Shown: positions 13,912-23,233 of the stretch, in pieces | Layout: every line of letters starts with the position of its first letter | How positions within the stretch are numbered: the first letter of the stretch is position 1 | Source: Candidatus Desulfatibia profunda | GTDB lineage: Bacteria; Desulfobacterota; Desulfobacteria; Desulfobacterales; UBA11574 | Assembly (NCBI GenBank): GCA_014382665.1 | Contig: JACNJH010000129.1 | Location: forward strand, 305 to 64,304 | Reading direction: 5' to 3' | DNA length: 64,000 bases | The notes under the pieces: generated by a model | Database searches by the model: none | What the model was told of the DNA's origin: nothing | What the model saw: only the letters and a program-made list of their open reading frames with translations | Translations under genes and position numbers: made by a program

Positions 13912-14085
13912 TCCCATTGACACATAGGCAAAAACATCTATCTCAAAACGTTTGGACATCTCGCCAATTGTCCTTAAAAACAATAAGCGGTCCCGGTCGT
14001 CGTAGAAAATATCCTTCCGCTCATTGCCCCGAGACAAAATATGATACAATGCGCCTTCATATTCAATTCGCCATGCTCTGCCCAT
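13894..14085 (-). pseudogene. Y1 (IS200/RayT-like) transposase N-terminal fragment, 63 aa, truncated at the HUH motif
   Basis: MGRAWRIEYEGALYHILSRGNERKDIFYDDRDRLLFLRTIGEMSKRFEIDVFAYVSMGNHYLC*. The HUH histidines and the catalytic Tyr region are missing. Confidence 0.65.
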
Positions 14086-14306
14086 AATGTCATTTCTACA
14101 GCATATATTTTACTGTCAATATTTTATTCACTATGCAAGGTGTGACACCATTTGCTCACCATTTGCTGATCTCGATCACGAGGGATTAGAATCTCTGCTG
14201 CAAACTCGTTTGCTCGGTTTCGAGCTGCTTTCGTTTCTAAGTTTTAGCCAACTGCTCTCGATTTAACATAACGTGTTAATATTTATTGGAGACCAATAGG
14301 GCCAAG

Positions 14307-14675
14307 TTAGTCCATTTTACCCTGATTTAAGATGGTTTTGACTATGCATCGCAGATCGTAAATCCCAATTGGTTTCATGATACAGGCTGTAGCCCCATTT
14401 TTTAGAAGATCTTGGACAGGTGCCTTGCCGCTGACGACAAGGATAGGCATGAATGGGTATCTCGCTTTTATCCTACACGTTAACTCAAGCCCATCCATTT
14501 GGGGCATCATGTAGTCGGTGATAATTAGATCATAGAGCTTTTTTTCAATCTGGTTGATCGCCTCGACGCCATTTTTCACCACGGTTATTTCGTAACCCTG
14601 AGACCCTAGAGCCTTGGCAAGTAAAAGTCTTACAGGTTTTTCATCATCTACTATAAGGATCCTCTTTTTTTCCAT
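14307..14675 (-). CDS. single-domain response regulator (CheY-like receiver)
   Basis: ILIVDDE...DLIITDYMMPQMDG...ILVVSG...KP is the classic receiver pattern. No output domain is present. Confidence 0.9.
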   Translation of the reverse strand: MEKKRILIVDDEKPVRLLLAKALGSQGYEITVVKNGVEAINQIEKKLYDLIITDYMMPQMDGLELTCRIKARYPFMPILVVSGKAPVQDLLKNGATACIMKPIGIYDLRCIVKTILNQGKMD

Positions 14676-15029
14676 CCCTCCTCCTTCATTTCAGGTTCTT
14701 GCAGAAAAAGCACATAGTAAAATGGATAATACGGCCGCGCATATATTTATGAAAAACACAGCTTAGCCGGCTTTGAGAATAGAATGCAAACTTTTCACCT
14801 TTTGTGACATAAAGGGTATAAAATATGTTGTTTTTACATTAGAAATCAGTGCGCTTAAGTAAATAAAGTGCGCTTATATTAGCGTGTCACGATGCCACTC
14901 AATACAATTACTATGATAAAAAAGCAACAAAAAAATACAACCATGGGTTGTTAGACTTTAGCAGATATTTATGAGATAAATTTGTCTTTAATTGGTGAAA
15001 TAAGGATGCATACAGGAAGGTAAAAGCGG

Positions 15030-15443
15030 TTGATCGACCAAAAAATCGGAGAAAAAATTAGGCAATTAAGAAAGAACTGGGGGCTTTCTCAGGGTGAGCT
15101 GGCTGAAAAAATAGGGATATCATTTCAGCAAGTTCAAAAATATGAGAAAGGCTCAACCCGAATTTCTGTCATGCGTTTGCAACAAATCTCGGAGCTTCTT
15201 GGCGTTGATATTACTTCCTTTTTTGAGCAAGGCAGAAGCCTTCCGAAGGTTTCAGATTTTAGTTTAGAATATACATCCGGAGAAGAGCTACGTGAAACCC
15301 TTCTGCCTCATAATAAGGAGGAAATTACGCTCATCAAGCTATTTCGCAAGACAAAAAATAGAAAAGTTAGAGAGGGTATTATAAAACAATTAAGAGGCGT
15401 TGTTGAATTGGAAAACCGGAAACCGGAATCGTCCCTCCCCTAA
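15030..15443 (+). CDS. XRE-family HTH transcriptional regulator
   Basis: IRQLRKNWGLSQGELAEKIGISFQQVQKYEKGSTRISVMRLQQISELLGV. TTG start is preceded by AGGAAGG. Confidence 0.85.
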   Translation: MIDQKIGEKIRQLRKNWGLSQGELAEKIGISFQQVQKYEKGSTRISVMRLQQISELLGVDITSFFEQGRSLPKVSDFSLEYTSGEELRETLLPHNKEEITLIKLFRKTKNRKVREGIIKQLRGVVELENRKPESSLP

Positions 15444-15482
15444 AGCACCGAGTAAAGCCGAATATAACCATAGGAGATCGTT

Positions 15483-16142
15483 TTGAAACCTATTAAAGAG
15501 CTTCCCAGTTTTGACAGACCACGAGAAAAACTGGCTGCCAAAGGAGCCAAAGCTCTTTCAGATATAGAACTGCTCGCAACTCTCCTTGGAAGCGGTGTAA
15601 AGGGCAAGGGTGTTTTTAAAATATCACATGCCATTTTACGAGAGCTTGATAACCATAAAGAAACGATAGATATAAAGACCCTTGTTTCGATAGAAGGTGT
15701 TGGTTTTGCCAAGGCATGCCAGATTGTGGCTGCCTTTGAATTTGCAAGGCGGAGACTGTTAAAGGAAAGTACTTTCGTCAGGAAAGCAGAAGACATCTTG
15801 CCGCTCATTTCATATATTGCCGATAAAAAGCAGGAATATTTCCTTTGTATCTCTTTGAGCGGAGCAAATGAGGTTATCGGAAACAGGATTGTTACAGTAG
15901 GTCTTCTGAATACGAACCAGGTTCATCCGCGAGAAGTATTTGCAGATGCAATATCGGACCGGGCTGCCAGCATTATCCTCGCTCACAACCACCCGTCAGG
16001 CATACTTACTCCCAGCGCTGACGATGTCGCGACAACGCGACAATTGGTGGATGCCGGCAATATTATTGGAATATCTGTCTTGGATCACATCATTGTCACC
16101 AAAAATGGCTTCCTGTCGTTCAAGGAAAAGGGCTTGATGTGA
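15483..16142 (+). CDS. radC: RadC-like JAB-domain protein
   Basis: JAMM motif LAHNHPSGILTPSADD with an upstream HhH-like region. TTG start is preceded by AGGAGA. Confidence 0.85.
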   Translation: MKPIKELPSFDRPREKLAAKGAKALSDIELLATLLGSGVKGKGVFKISHAILRELDNHKETIDIKTLVSIEGVGFAKACQIVAAFEFARRRLLKESTFVRKAEDILPLISYIADKKQEYFLCISLSGANEVIGNRIVTVGLLNTNQVHPREVFADAISDRAASIILAHNHPSGILTPSADDVATTRQLVDAGNIIGISVLDHIIVTKNGFLSFKEKGLM

Positions 16143-16408
16143 TGAGTTTCTCAATTTTTCGACATTCTTGCGTTCACACGTCCTTCCATAAACCGAATGT
16201 CGTAAATGGTGTCGTGTCTTGAATTGTGGATAAGATGCCACTATTCACTATTCAAGATATACCACCCTTTCCATGTTTTAACTCCATTACGTCAAGATCG
16301 AATCCGGTTTCACAAAAGCTATGAACACCGTATTTTAGGCAGGCTTAGACGGATCGATAAGCGGCAGGTTGGATACAAATTCCGTGAAATGTGCCGTGTT
16401 AAACGTCG

Positions 16409-17545
16409 CTATTTCAGATTTCTCAAAGCCGACACGATTTCCCGGCCGAATTCCTTGCGCTGCCAGCGTTTCATTTCTTCGATTGCTTTAAGGGCTTTGG
16501 TATCCGTGGGGTTGCAAACGGCAACAGCACCGATAAGGTGGTTGCTGAAAAAAACGCCGGGATCGATGTCAAGGGCCCGGGCTTTTGAATCCCGCCAGGC
16601 CTTTAAGGCCCTGATCCGTTTTGAAACGGAAGCATCCACCCGCGGCGACTGTTTTTTGGGATACACCGGCAGTCTATTTGCAGGCGTTTTCAGGATACGG
16701 TTTACGATCTCGATAACGGTATGGCCATACATGTTGATCTGCTTTGGGCTGAATATGTTGGCCTTTGTCAAGCTTGCCTGGGCCGTCGGCTTTTCCGATG
16801 CCACCTTCAACAGCGCGTTGTTCGGAAAGATTTTGAACAGGGGCTTATCTTTTTGCCTGGCAACCTGCACCCGAAACTGAAGCAAGGCTTCCAGAATGCC
16901 CAAACCTCTGCGATCGATCTGCCCGGCGCCCTTGAACCTAAGATATAATGGATGCCCCTCGTTACAAGACGGCCTTACCTTGCTGATGATTTCACTCTCT
17001 TCATATACCCAGTAAAGCCGCCCTTTTCGTTCAAGCTCTTTTTCGAGAATTTCCGCCAGGGGAATCAGAGACATCACGTCAGCAACGGCGTAGGCCATCA
17101 TCTCTTGCGTCAACGGGCGTTTTGACCAATCTTTCTTTTGATATTTCTTGTCCAGGCGAATATTGAACCTTTGATGAAGCACCGCATCCAGTCCGGTTTC
17201 CTTGAGACCTAAAAACATGCATGCGACCTGAGTGTCAAAAAGATGGTTTACCTGGATGCCAAAATCCCTGTAAAGGCTGCGGACATCGTAGTCGGCTCCG
17301 TGAAAAACTTTTTTGATTTTACTATTGGAAAAAAGCGGTTTCAGCAAAGATATGTCTTTTATCCGGATGGGATCGATAACGATGCCGTCGGTCCTGGTAG
17401 CCATTTGAATCAGGCAGACCTTTTCTTGAAAATGGTACATGGAATCAGCTTCCAGATCAACGGCGACGGCTGTTGATTTTTCAACGGATTTTGTAAATTT
17501 TTCAAGTCCGGATCCGGTGTCGATGTATGTGAAGCTCAATTTCAT
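16409..17545 (-). CDS. rnd: ribonuclease D (3'-5' exonuclease plus HRDC)
   Basis: AVDLEADSMYHFQEKVCLIQMAT ... FHGADYDVRSLYRDFG ... YAVADV are DEDDy exonuclease motifs. The C-terminus is HRDC-like. Confidence 0.85.
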   Translation of the reverse strand: MKLSFTYIDTGSGLEKFTKSVEKSTAVAVDLEADSMYHFQEKVCLIQMATRTDGIVIDPIRIKDISLLKPLFSNSKIKKVFHGADYDVRSLYRDFGIQVNHLFDTQVACMFLGLKETGLDAVLHQRFNIRLDKKYQKKDWSKRPLTQEMMAYAVADVMSLIPLAEILEKELERKGRLYWVYEESEIISKVRPSCNEGHPLYLRFKGAGQIDRRGLGILEALLQFRVQVARQKDKPLFKIFPNNALLKVASEKPTAQASLTKANIFSPKQINMYGHTVIEIVNRILKTPANRLPVYPKKQSPRVDASVSKRIRALKAWRDSKARALDIDPGVFFSNHLIGAVAVCNPTDTKALKAIEEMKRWQRKEFGREIVSALRNLK

Positions 17546-17593
17546 ACTTTCCGCAGCTTGTAAATCCTAGCGTTGCCTAATTTTAATTTTACC

Positions 17594-17622
17594 TTGACCC
17601 GACGTTATATTTGCCCTAAATT
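17594..17622 (+). promoter_or_regulatory. candidate sigma70 promoter for thrS
   Basis: TTGACC, 17-nt spacer, TAAATT, located ~80 nt upstream of the thrS ATG. Based on pattern match only. Confidence 0.3.
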
Positions 17623-17699
17623 TCTGTATTTTAATTGCTTCGTTGAACAGTTAAATAGTATATTGCCTCAACTAATCATAGAAAAATGGTGATAAGCTA

Positions 17700-19619
17700 A
17701 TGATAAACATAACATTTCCTGATGGTAAGATAAAGGGTTTTGAAAATAACCCAACGGGTTTGGAAGTGGCCAACAGTATTTCCGAGGGTCTGGCGCGGGA
17801 TTGCGTCGCTCTGGAACTCAACGGTAAGATTGTCGATTTAACTACGAAAATTGACCGGGACGCCGACATCAGCCTGATCACAACCCGGGATCAGGAAGGG
17901 CTTGAAATTATGCGCCACAGCGCAGCGCATGTCATGGCCGATGCTATTTTACGTCTTTACAAAGACGCCAAACTGACCATCGGCCCTATCGTTGAAGACG
18001 GCTTCTACTACGATATTGATATGCAGCCGCTGTCCAAAGACGATTTTCCCAGAATTGAGGCCGAAATTGAAAAAATCGTCAAGGCCAAACTGACCTTTGA
18101 GCGCATTGAGGTTTCAAAATCCGAAGCAATGGAATTTTACAAAAACGAGCCCTATAAACTGGAAATGATTTCAGAGCTTCAAGAGGGAACCATCTCCTTA
18201 TACAAGCACGGCGACTTTACGGATTTGTGCCGCGGGCCGCACGTCCCCCATACCGGCTTTGTCAAGGCCATCAAACTGACAAAGGTATCCGGCGCTTATT
18301 GGCGGGCGGATCCGAAAAAGGCCCAACTCCAGCGGATATACGGCACGGCCTTTTTCAATAAAAAAGAACTGAAAGAATACCTCCATTTTATTGAAGAGGC
18401 CAAGAGGAGAAACCACCGCAAAATCGGTGAAGCCCTCGATCTTTTCAGCTTTCACGATGAAGCACCCGGAATGCCGTTTTTTCATCCCAAAGGAATCAGT
18501 ATCTGGAACTGCCTGCTCGATTACTGGCGCCTTGAACACCGGGCGGCCGGCTATGTGGAAACAAAGACGCCGATCATGCTGCAGCGCAGTCTCTGGGAAA
18601 AGAGCGGTCATTGGGAAAATTACCGCGAACATATGTACACATCTCACGTTGACGAATATGAGTACGCCATTAAGCCCATGAACTGCCCGGGCGGAATGCT
18701 CCTGTTCGGCCGGAGGCCCCATTCCTACAGGGAACTTCCGGTTCGGGCTGCTGAAATCGGACTGGTACATCGCCACGAACTCAGCGGTGTGCTGGCCGGC
18801 CTCTTCCGGGTCCGGGCGTTTCATCAGGACGATGCCCATATTTTCATGACGCCCGAACAGATCGAAGATGAAATATTAGGGGTACTGAAACTGGTGCAAC
18901 GGATTTACAGCACCTTTGGTCTCGGCTTTCATCTGGAACTTTCAACCCGTCCTGAAAAATCCATTGGAACGGACGAACAGTGGGAAATGACGACACAGGG
19001 TTTGAAAGCAGCGCTCAATAGGTATGGCAGAGACTATAAGATCAACGAGGGTGACGGTGCCTTTTACGGACCCAAGATCGACGTGCATATCAAAGATGCC
19101 CTCAACCGGACCTGGCAGTGCGGCACAATCCAACTGGACATGTCGCTGCCGGAACGGTTTAATCTTGCGTATATTGACCAAAACAATCAAAAACAGCGCC
19201 CGATCATGATCCACAGGGTGATTTACGGCTCCATCGAGCGTTTTTTTGGAATCCTGGTTGAACATTTTGCCGGCAAGTTTCCTCTGTGGATGGCACCGAC
19301 TCAGGTCGCCTTGCTGGCCATCAACGATGATCTGGTCCCTTACACCAACCAGATTAAACAGACGCTTGAAAACGCCGGTCTGCGTACTGAAATCGACAGC
19401 CGATCAGAAAGCCTGAACAAAAAGATCCGTGACGCCCAGCTCAACAATATTCCGCTGATCCTGACCATCGGCAACAAGGAAAAAGAATCCGGAACCCTTT
19501 CTATACGAACTTTGGACGGCCAAGTCCGGTTCGGGATCAGCCAGGAAAGTTTTTTAAACAAGACGCGGGAGCATATCAAAAACAGAAAGCCGGATTTGCT
19601 AATATTTGAAGACTCATGA
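17700..19619 (+). CDS. thrS: threonyl-tRNA synthetase
   Basis: 639 aa with TGS N-domain, editing-domain HSAAHVMA, class II core and anticodon-binding domain. The identity is unmistakable. Confidence 0.97.
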   Translation: MINITFPDGKIKGFENNPTGLEVANSISEGLARDCVALELNGKIVDLTTKIDRDADISLITTRDQEGLEIMRHSAAHVMADAILRLYKDAKLTIGPIVEDGFYYDIDMQPLSKDDFPRIEAEIEKIVKAKLTFERIEVSKSEAMEFYKNEPYKLEMISELQEGTISLYKHGDFTDLCRGPHVPHTGFVKAIKLTKVSGAYWRADPKKAQLQRIYGTAFFNKKELKEYLHFIEEAKRRNHRKIGEALDLFSFHDEAPGMPFFHPKGISIWNCLLDYWRLEHRAAGYVETKTPIMLQRSLWEKSGHWENYREHMYTSHVDEYEYAIKPMNCPGGMLLFGRRPHSYRELPVRAAEIGLVHRHELSGVLAGLFRVRAFHQDDAHIFMTPEQIEDEILGVLKLVQRIYSTFGLGFHLELSTRPEKSIGTDEQWEMTTQGLKAALNRYGRDYKINEGDGAFYGPKIDVHIKDALNRTWQCGTIQLDMSLPERFNLAYIDQNNQKQRPIMIHRVIYGSIERFFGILVEHFAGKFPLWMAPTQVALLAINDDLVPYTNQIKQTLENAGLRTEIDSRSESLNKKIRDAQLNNIPLILTIGNKEKESGTLSIRTLDGQVRFGISQESFLNKTREHIKNRKPDLLIFEDS

Positions 19620-19822
19620 ATAAAAATGCCGGAGTAACAACCCACAAAATCAAATGGTGTGACTTGCGTTGCCAAGACGCCGATGTTGCCAAGCTTGATG
19701 CTTTAGACGGCAGTTGTCGAACCTTTCAATCCCTTTGGTGCAATAAACTGCAAAAGCATGTCACTAAAAATTCTCCCTGTGAAGCCGTTTTCGGGGAAAG
19801 GCGACCAACCACCGGCTTTTAA
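19616..19822 (+). CDS. small Cys-rich hypothetical protein (68 aa)
   Basis: Its ATG overlaps the thrS stop (ATGA). It contains five Cys. No family was recognised. Confidence 0.35.
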   Translation: MNKNAGVTTHKIKWCDLRCQDADVAKLDALDGSCRTFQSLWCNKLQKHVTKNSPCEAVFGERRPTTGF

Positions 19823-19824
19823 AA

Positions 19825-20181
19825 TTGAGTAAATTACACAAATTCTTTTATTACTGGTTTCCGGTTTTCATTTACTGCCTTTTGATTTATATCCAGTCCT
19901 CGTATCCTTCACCTAAAGGAATCCCCGGCATACCCTATTTCGACAAGGCCCTCCATTTTGCAGCTTATGCCCTGCTGAGTGCTCTCTTTTTCAGAGCTCT
20001 CAAAACAGGGCCCATAAAAAACAATGTAAAGCTGGTGATGATTCTCAGTATAGTTTTGTCCTCGCTTTATGGAATCAGTGACGAAATCCACCAGCATTAC
20101 GTTCCCTACCGCAACGCAGATGTTATGGATGTTCTGGCGGACATCCTCGGAAGCTTCATCGGAGCCTATCTTTATCGATAA
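19825..20181 (+). CDS. VanZ-family membrane protein
   Basis: FDKALHFAAYALLSALF ... SDEIHQHYVPYRNADVMDVLADILGSFIG is the VanZ-like pattern. TTG start. Confidence 0.75.
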   Translation: MSKLHKFFYYWFPVFIYCLLIYIQSSYPSPKGIPGIPYFDKALHFAAYALLSALFFRALKTGPIKNNVKLVMILSIVLSSLYGISDEIHQHYVPYRNADVMDVLADILGSFIGAYLYR

Positions 20182-20405
20182 ATTATAAAAAAGAATTGCA
20201 AAGCAGATGACAATTTCCCGCGAATTTTTACAAACCTATGACGATGGTCGATGGGACGTGTTTGCAGACAGTCTGCTGTGGATTTTTTTGATAAGCCGTT
20301 TCAAGCTTGTCAACTGCGTTTCTAATTTCCCGATCTCGGTAAGGCCTACTTGAAACTTTGTGATTATGATATAAAATTAAAATTGAACGGATAAATATTT
20401 TGAAA

Positions 20406-21131
20406 ATGACCGTGGACTATTCTGTTATCATTCCGGCTTATAACGAGGAACATTGGCTGCCCAAGACCCTGATTGCGCTGCATGACGCCATGGACGGACA
20501 AAAGTTGTCCGGAGAAGTGATTGTTGTTGATAACAACTCAACCGACCATACAGCACAGGTCGCCCGCGCCAACCACTCCCGTGTCGTTTTTGAACCGGTC
20601 AACCAGATTTCAAGGGCACGCAATGCCGGAGCTATAGTTGCCAGGGGACTTTATTTTATATTTATAGATGCGGATACGATCATCTCTCCGGCCTTGTTGC
20701 AAAGCGCCTTGGATAACCTCTCCAGCGGCCGGTGTTGCGGCGGAGGAAGTTTGGTGGACTTCGAAAGGCCGCTACGATTTTTCGAGCGCAAAGGTTTGGA
20801 TTTGTGGAACTGGGCCTCTTTGAAATTCCATCTTGCAGCCGGATGTTTCATCTATTGCCTGCGGGAAGGATTCGAGGCTGTCGGCGGTTTCAGCCAGAAG
20901 GTCTATGCCAGCGAGGAAATCTGGTTCTCTCAGCGACTGCGATCCTGGGGGGACCGGCGGAACAAGGCTTTCAAAATGCTGGCGGCTCCTCGGGTGATTA
21001 CTTCCAGCCGTAAGCTGGAATGGTTTTCTCCCTTGCAACTGGGGCTTACCGTTCTGGTGGCGACGCTTTTTCCATTTTCATTGCGATTCCGGATGCCCTG
21101 CGCACTCTGGTACTACAGGCCCAAGCGCTAA
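20406..21131 (+). CDS. family 2 glycosyltransferase
   Basis: YSVIIPAYNEE...VIVVDNNSTDHT...IDADT motifs. ATG 20406 (the ORF track starts at TTG 20400). Confidence 0.85.
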   Translation: MTVDYSVIIPAYNEEHWLPKTLIALHDAMDGQKLSGEVIVVDNNSTDHTAQVARANHSRVVFEPVNQISRARNAGAIVARGLYFIFIDADTIISPALLQSALDNLSSGRCCGGGSLVDFERPLRFFERKGLDLWNWASLKFHLAAGCFIYCLREGFEAVGGFSQKVYASEEIWFSQRLRSWGDRRNKAFKMLAAPRVITSSRKLEWFSPLQLGLTVLVATLFPFSLRFRMPCALWYYRPKR

Positions 21132-21180
21132 CCCGGATATTTCACGAAAATTTTTCAGCATAATTTATTTAATTAATAAA
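21132..21180. repeat. partial copy (left half) of the CCCGGA ~90-nt repeat family
   Basis: CCCGGATATTTCACGAAAATTTTTCAGCATAATTTATTTAATTAA aligns with the first half of 2511-2560. It starts immediately after the glycosyltransferase stop. Confidence 0.6.
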
Positions 21181-21281
21181 TTTAATAAGTTAAGAAAATA
21201 TCAGCGTGACGTTACCAAGGTGCAATTTGTACCCACAGATGTTTTTCCTTATGATATTTTGCATGAAAGGAATTTTGGGAA

Positions 21282-22310
21282 ATGACGATACCCGGCAACC
21301 TGCTCACAACCGCCATGGCGGTGATGCCTCACCGGGACCCGGACAGAGCCCTGGAGGCGGCCCTGTCGCTGGACATCCCCTTCTGACCTCAACTCCCCCG
21401 CATGAATTACTACGAAGACATGTATGTACAGGCTTCGGAACATTTTCCGGGGATATGCCTGGATATGGAAAAACAGACCCTCTCGTTTTCCATGGATAAA
21501 TTTTTAGACGAATTCGAACAGACCATGTCCCACTTTGAGGAGCCGGATTACTTTGATATCAGCCCTGAATACTCTGTTGTCTACCATCGCTTTCTCAAAA
21601 TGGATTTTTCCGATCGGCCGGCAATCAGAGGTCAACTTGAAGGGCCCATCAGCTTCGGTTTGAACGTTCTGGACCAGAACAGACGCCCGATTCTTTTTGA
21701 TGATACCATCCGAGCCTTCATGTTCGAATTCATGGCCAAGCGGATCAACGTCCAACTCGGCCGCCTTAAATTATTAAACCCCAATGCCTTTATGTTTGTC
21801 GATGAACCTGGCCTGCAGTTTTTGTTCAGCGCCCTGTCCGGTTACGACAGCGCCAAAGCTCGCATGGATATGGAGTATTTTTTCTCATTGATCCGGCGGC
21901 CCTGCGGGGTTCACCTGTGTGGCAATCCAGACTGGGATTTTCTGCTGGGGCTCGACATGGACGTTCTTTCGCTAGATGTCTACCTCAACGGAGAAGTCTT
22001 TTCTTCCTACGTCGATTCCATCAAAAGGTTTCTCGACCGGGGCGGGTCCATTGTTTGGGGAACCGTACCGACCAATTTCGAACCCTTTGAAAAGGAAACC
22101 ATCGACGCCTTGGAACATCGTCTGGCAAGTCTGTGGGACAGTCTCGGCAAAAAGGGTATCGACAGGAAATTTCTACTCTCAAGAAGCCTGATTTCTCCGG
22201 CCACCTGCTGCCTGGTGAACCCGGATGGCGTAACAACCGTCGAGAAAGCCTTCCAGGTGGTCCGGGATCTTTCCGCCCGCCTGCGCGCAAGATACAAACT
22301 TGAACCCTAA
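21282..22310 (+). pseudogene. MetE/URO-D-like TIM-barrel protein interrupted by an in-frame TGA at 21384-21386 (alternatively an N-truncated CDS from ATG 21402)
   Basis: Contains GPISFGL, VDEPGLQF and HLCGNPDW motifs. The 34 codons upstream of the TGA (MTIPGNLLTTAMAVMPHRDPDRALEAALSLDIPF) are in frame and protein-like. Confidence 0.55.
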
Positions 22311-22315
22311 TTGAG

Positions 22316-22380
22316 GTGTAAAAGTCAAAATCTTATCAGCCAAGAGGGCGACCTGTCTGATAAGATTTCGACTTTTACAC
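22316..22380. terminator. long hairpin between convergent genes (bidirectional terminator candidate)
   Basis: GTGTAAAAGTCAAAATCTTATCAG (22316-22339) pairs with CTGATAAGATTTCGACTTTTACAC (22357-22380). The stem is 24 bp with one mismatch and a 17-nt loop. Confidence 0.6.
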
Positions 22381-22396
22381 TTACCGGGTTATCAAG

Positions 22397-23218
22397 TTAC
22401 CTGAGATGTATCAGGGTACTGCATTCATCCTGGAGTGCCACAGCAAGTTTTGTGCGGTTTTGGGTTAGGGCCCGGCCGACTTCATTGAGGGCTTTTTGAG
22501 GTGTGTTGTTGGTTTCACTCAGGTGGGCCAGCACGACATATTCGAGCCGGTCATGCTGAATTGCCCCTAAAAGGTTTTTCGAGGCCTTGTTGGAAAGATG
22601 ACCGGTTCTGCTCTGGATGCGCTGCTTTAACGGCCAGGGGTATGGCCCGTTGATCAGCATGGTTTCATCATGATTGGCTTCAAGAATCAATAAAGCGCAC
22701 CCTTTTAGATGTTCCTTCACGACGGTCGTCGCTATGCCAAGATCCGTCGCGATCCCGATTTTGGTTCCGTCCAGGCTTATTGTAAATCCTGCCGGGTCGT
22801 TGGCATCATGAGATACGGAAAAGGGGTGAATCGTCAAGTTCTCAATCTTAAAAGTGGCACCGCATTCAAACTTTTTAAAATCATGGATATTTCCCAACTG
22901 CGAGGCAGCGGCCTTTTTGGTTTTGGGTGTCATATAAACCGGCAGGTTATAACGGCGCGAGAGCACACCGACACCCTGGATGTGGTCGGCATGTTCATGG
23001 GAAACCAGGATGGCATCGAGATCTTGCGGGTAAAGTCCTTTGGATTCGAGCCGGCGTTCAATTTCGATGCCTGAAAGGCCGGCGTCGATAAGGATCGAAA
23101 TCGAACCGTCGGAAAGATAGATGGCATTACCCTTGCTGCCGCTGGCCAGGATGCAAACGGAAAGATTATAATTGGAATGTTGACCAGTCGTTTCGCCGGG
23201 AAGGTTGTTAGCGGTCAT
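22397..23218 (-). CDS. MBL-fold metallo-hydrolase
   Basis: VSHEHADHIQG motif, with a later ANHD/H pattern. Confidence 0.85.
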   Translation of the reverse strand: MTANNLPGETTGQHSNYNLSVCILASGSKGNAIYLSDGSISILIDAGLSGIEIERRLESKGLYPQDLDAILVSHEHADHIQGVGVLSRRYNLPVYMTPKTKKAAASQLGNIHDFKKFECGATFKIENLTIHPFSVSHDANDPAGFTISLDGTKIGIATDLGIATTVVKEHLKGCALLILEANHDETMLINGPYPWPLKQRIQSRTGHLSNKASKNLLGAIQHDRLEYVVLAHLSETNNTPQKALNEVGRALTQNRTKLAVALQDECSTLIHLR

Positions 23219-23233
23219 CAGCCTTGTAAATTC

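Noticed and set aside
16206-16880. 224-aa plus-strand ORF overlapping rnd
   Set aside because: It is antisense to a well-supported RNase D gene, and no motifs or RBS are present.
21384-21386. The in-frame TGA as a selenocysteine codon
   Set aside because: The residue I recall at this position is Trp, not Cys. I could not find a convincing stem-loop in the 15-40 nt downstream. The possibility is kept open only as a check.
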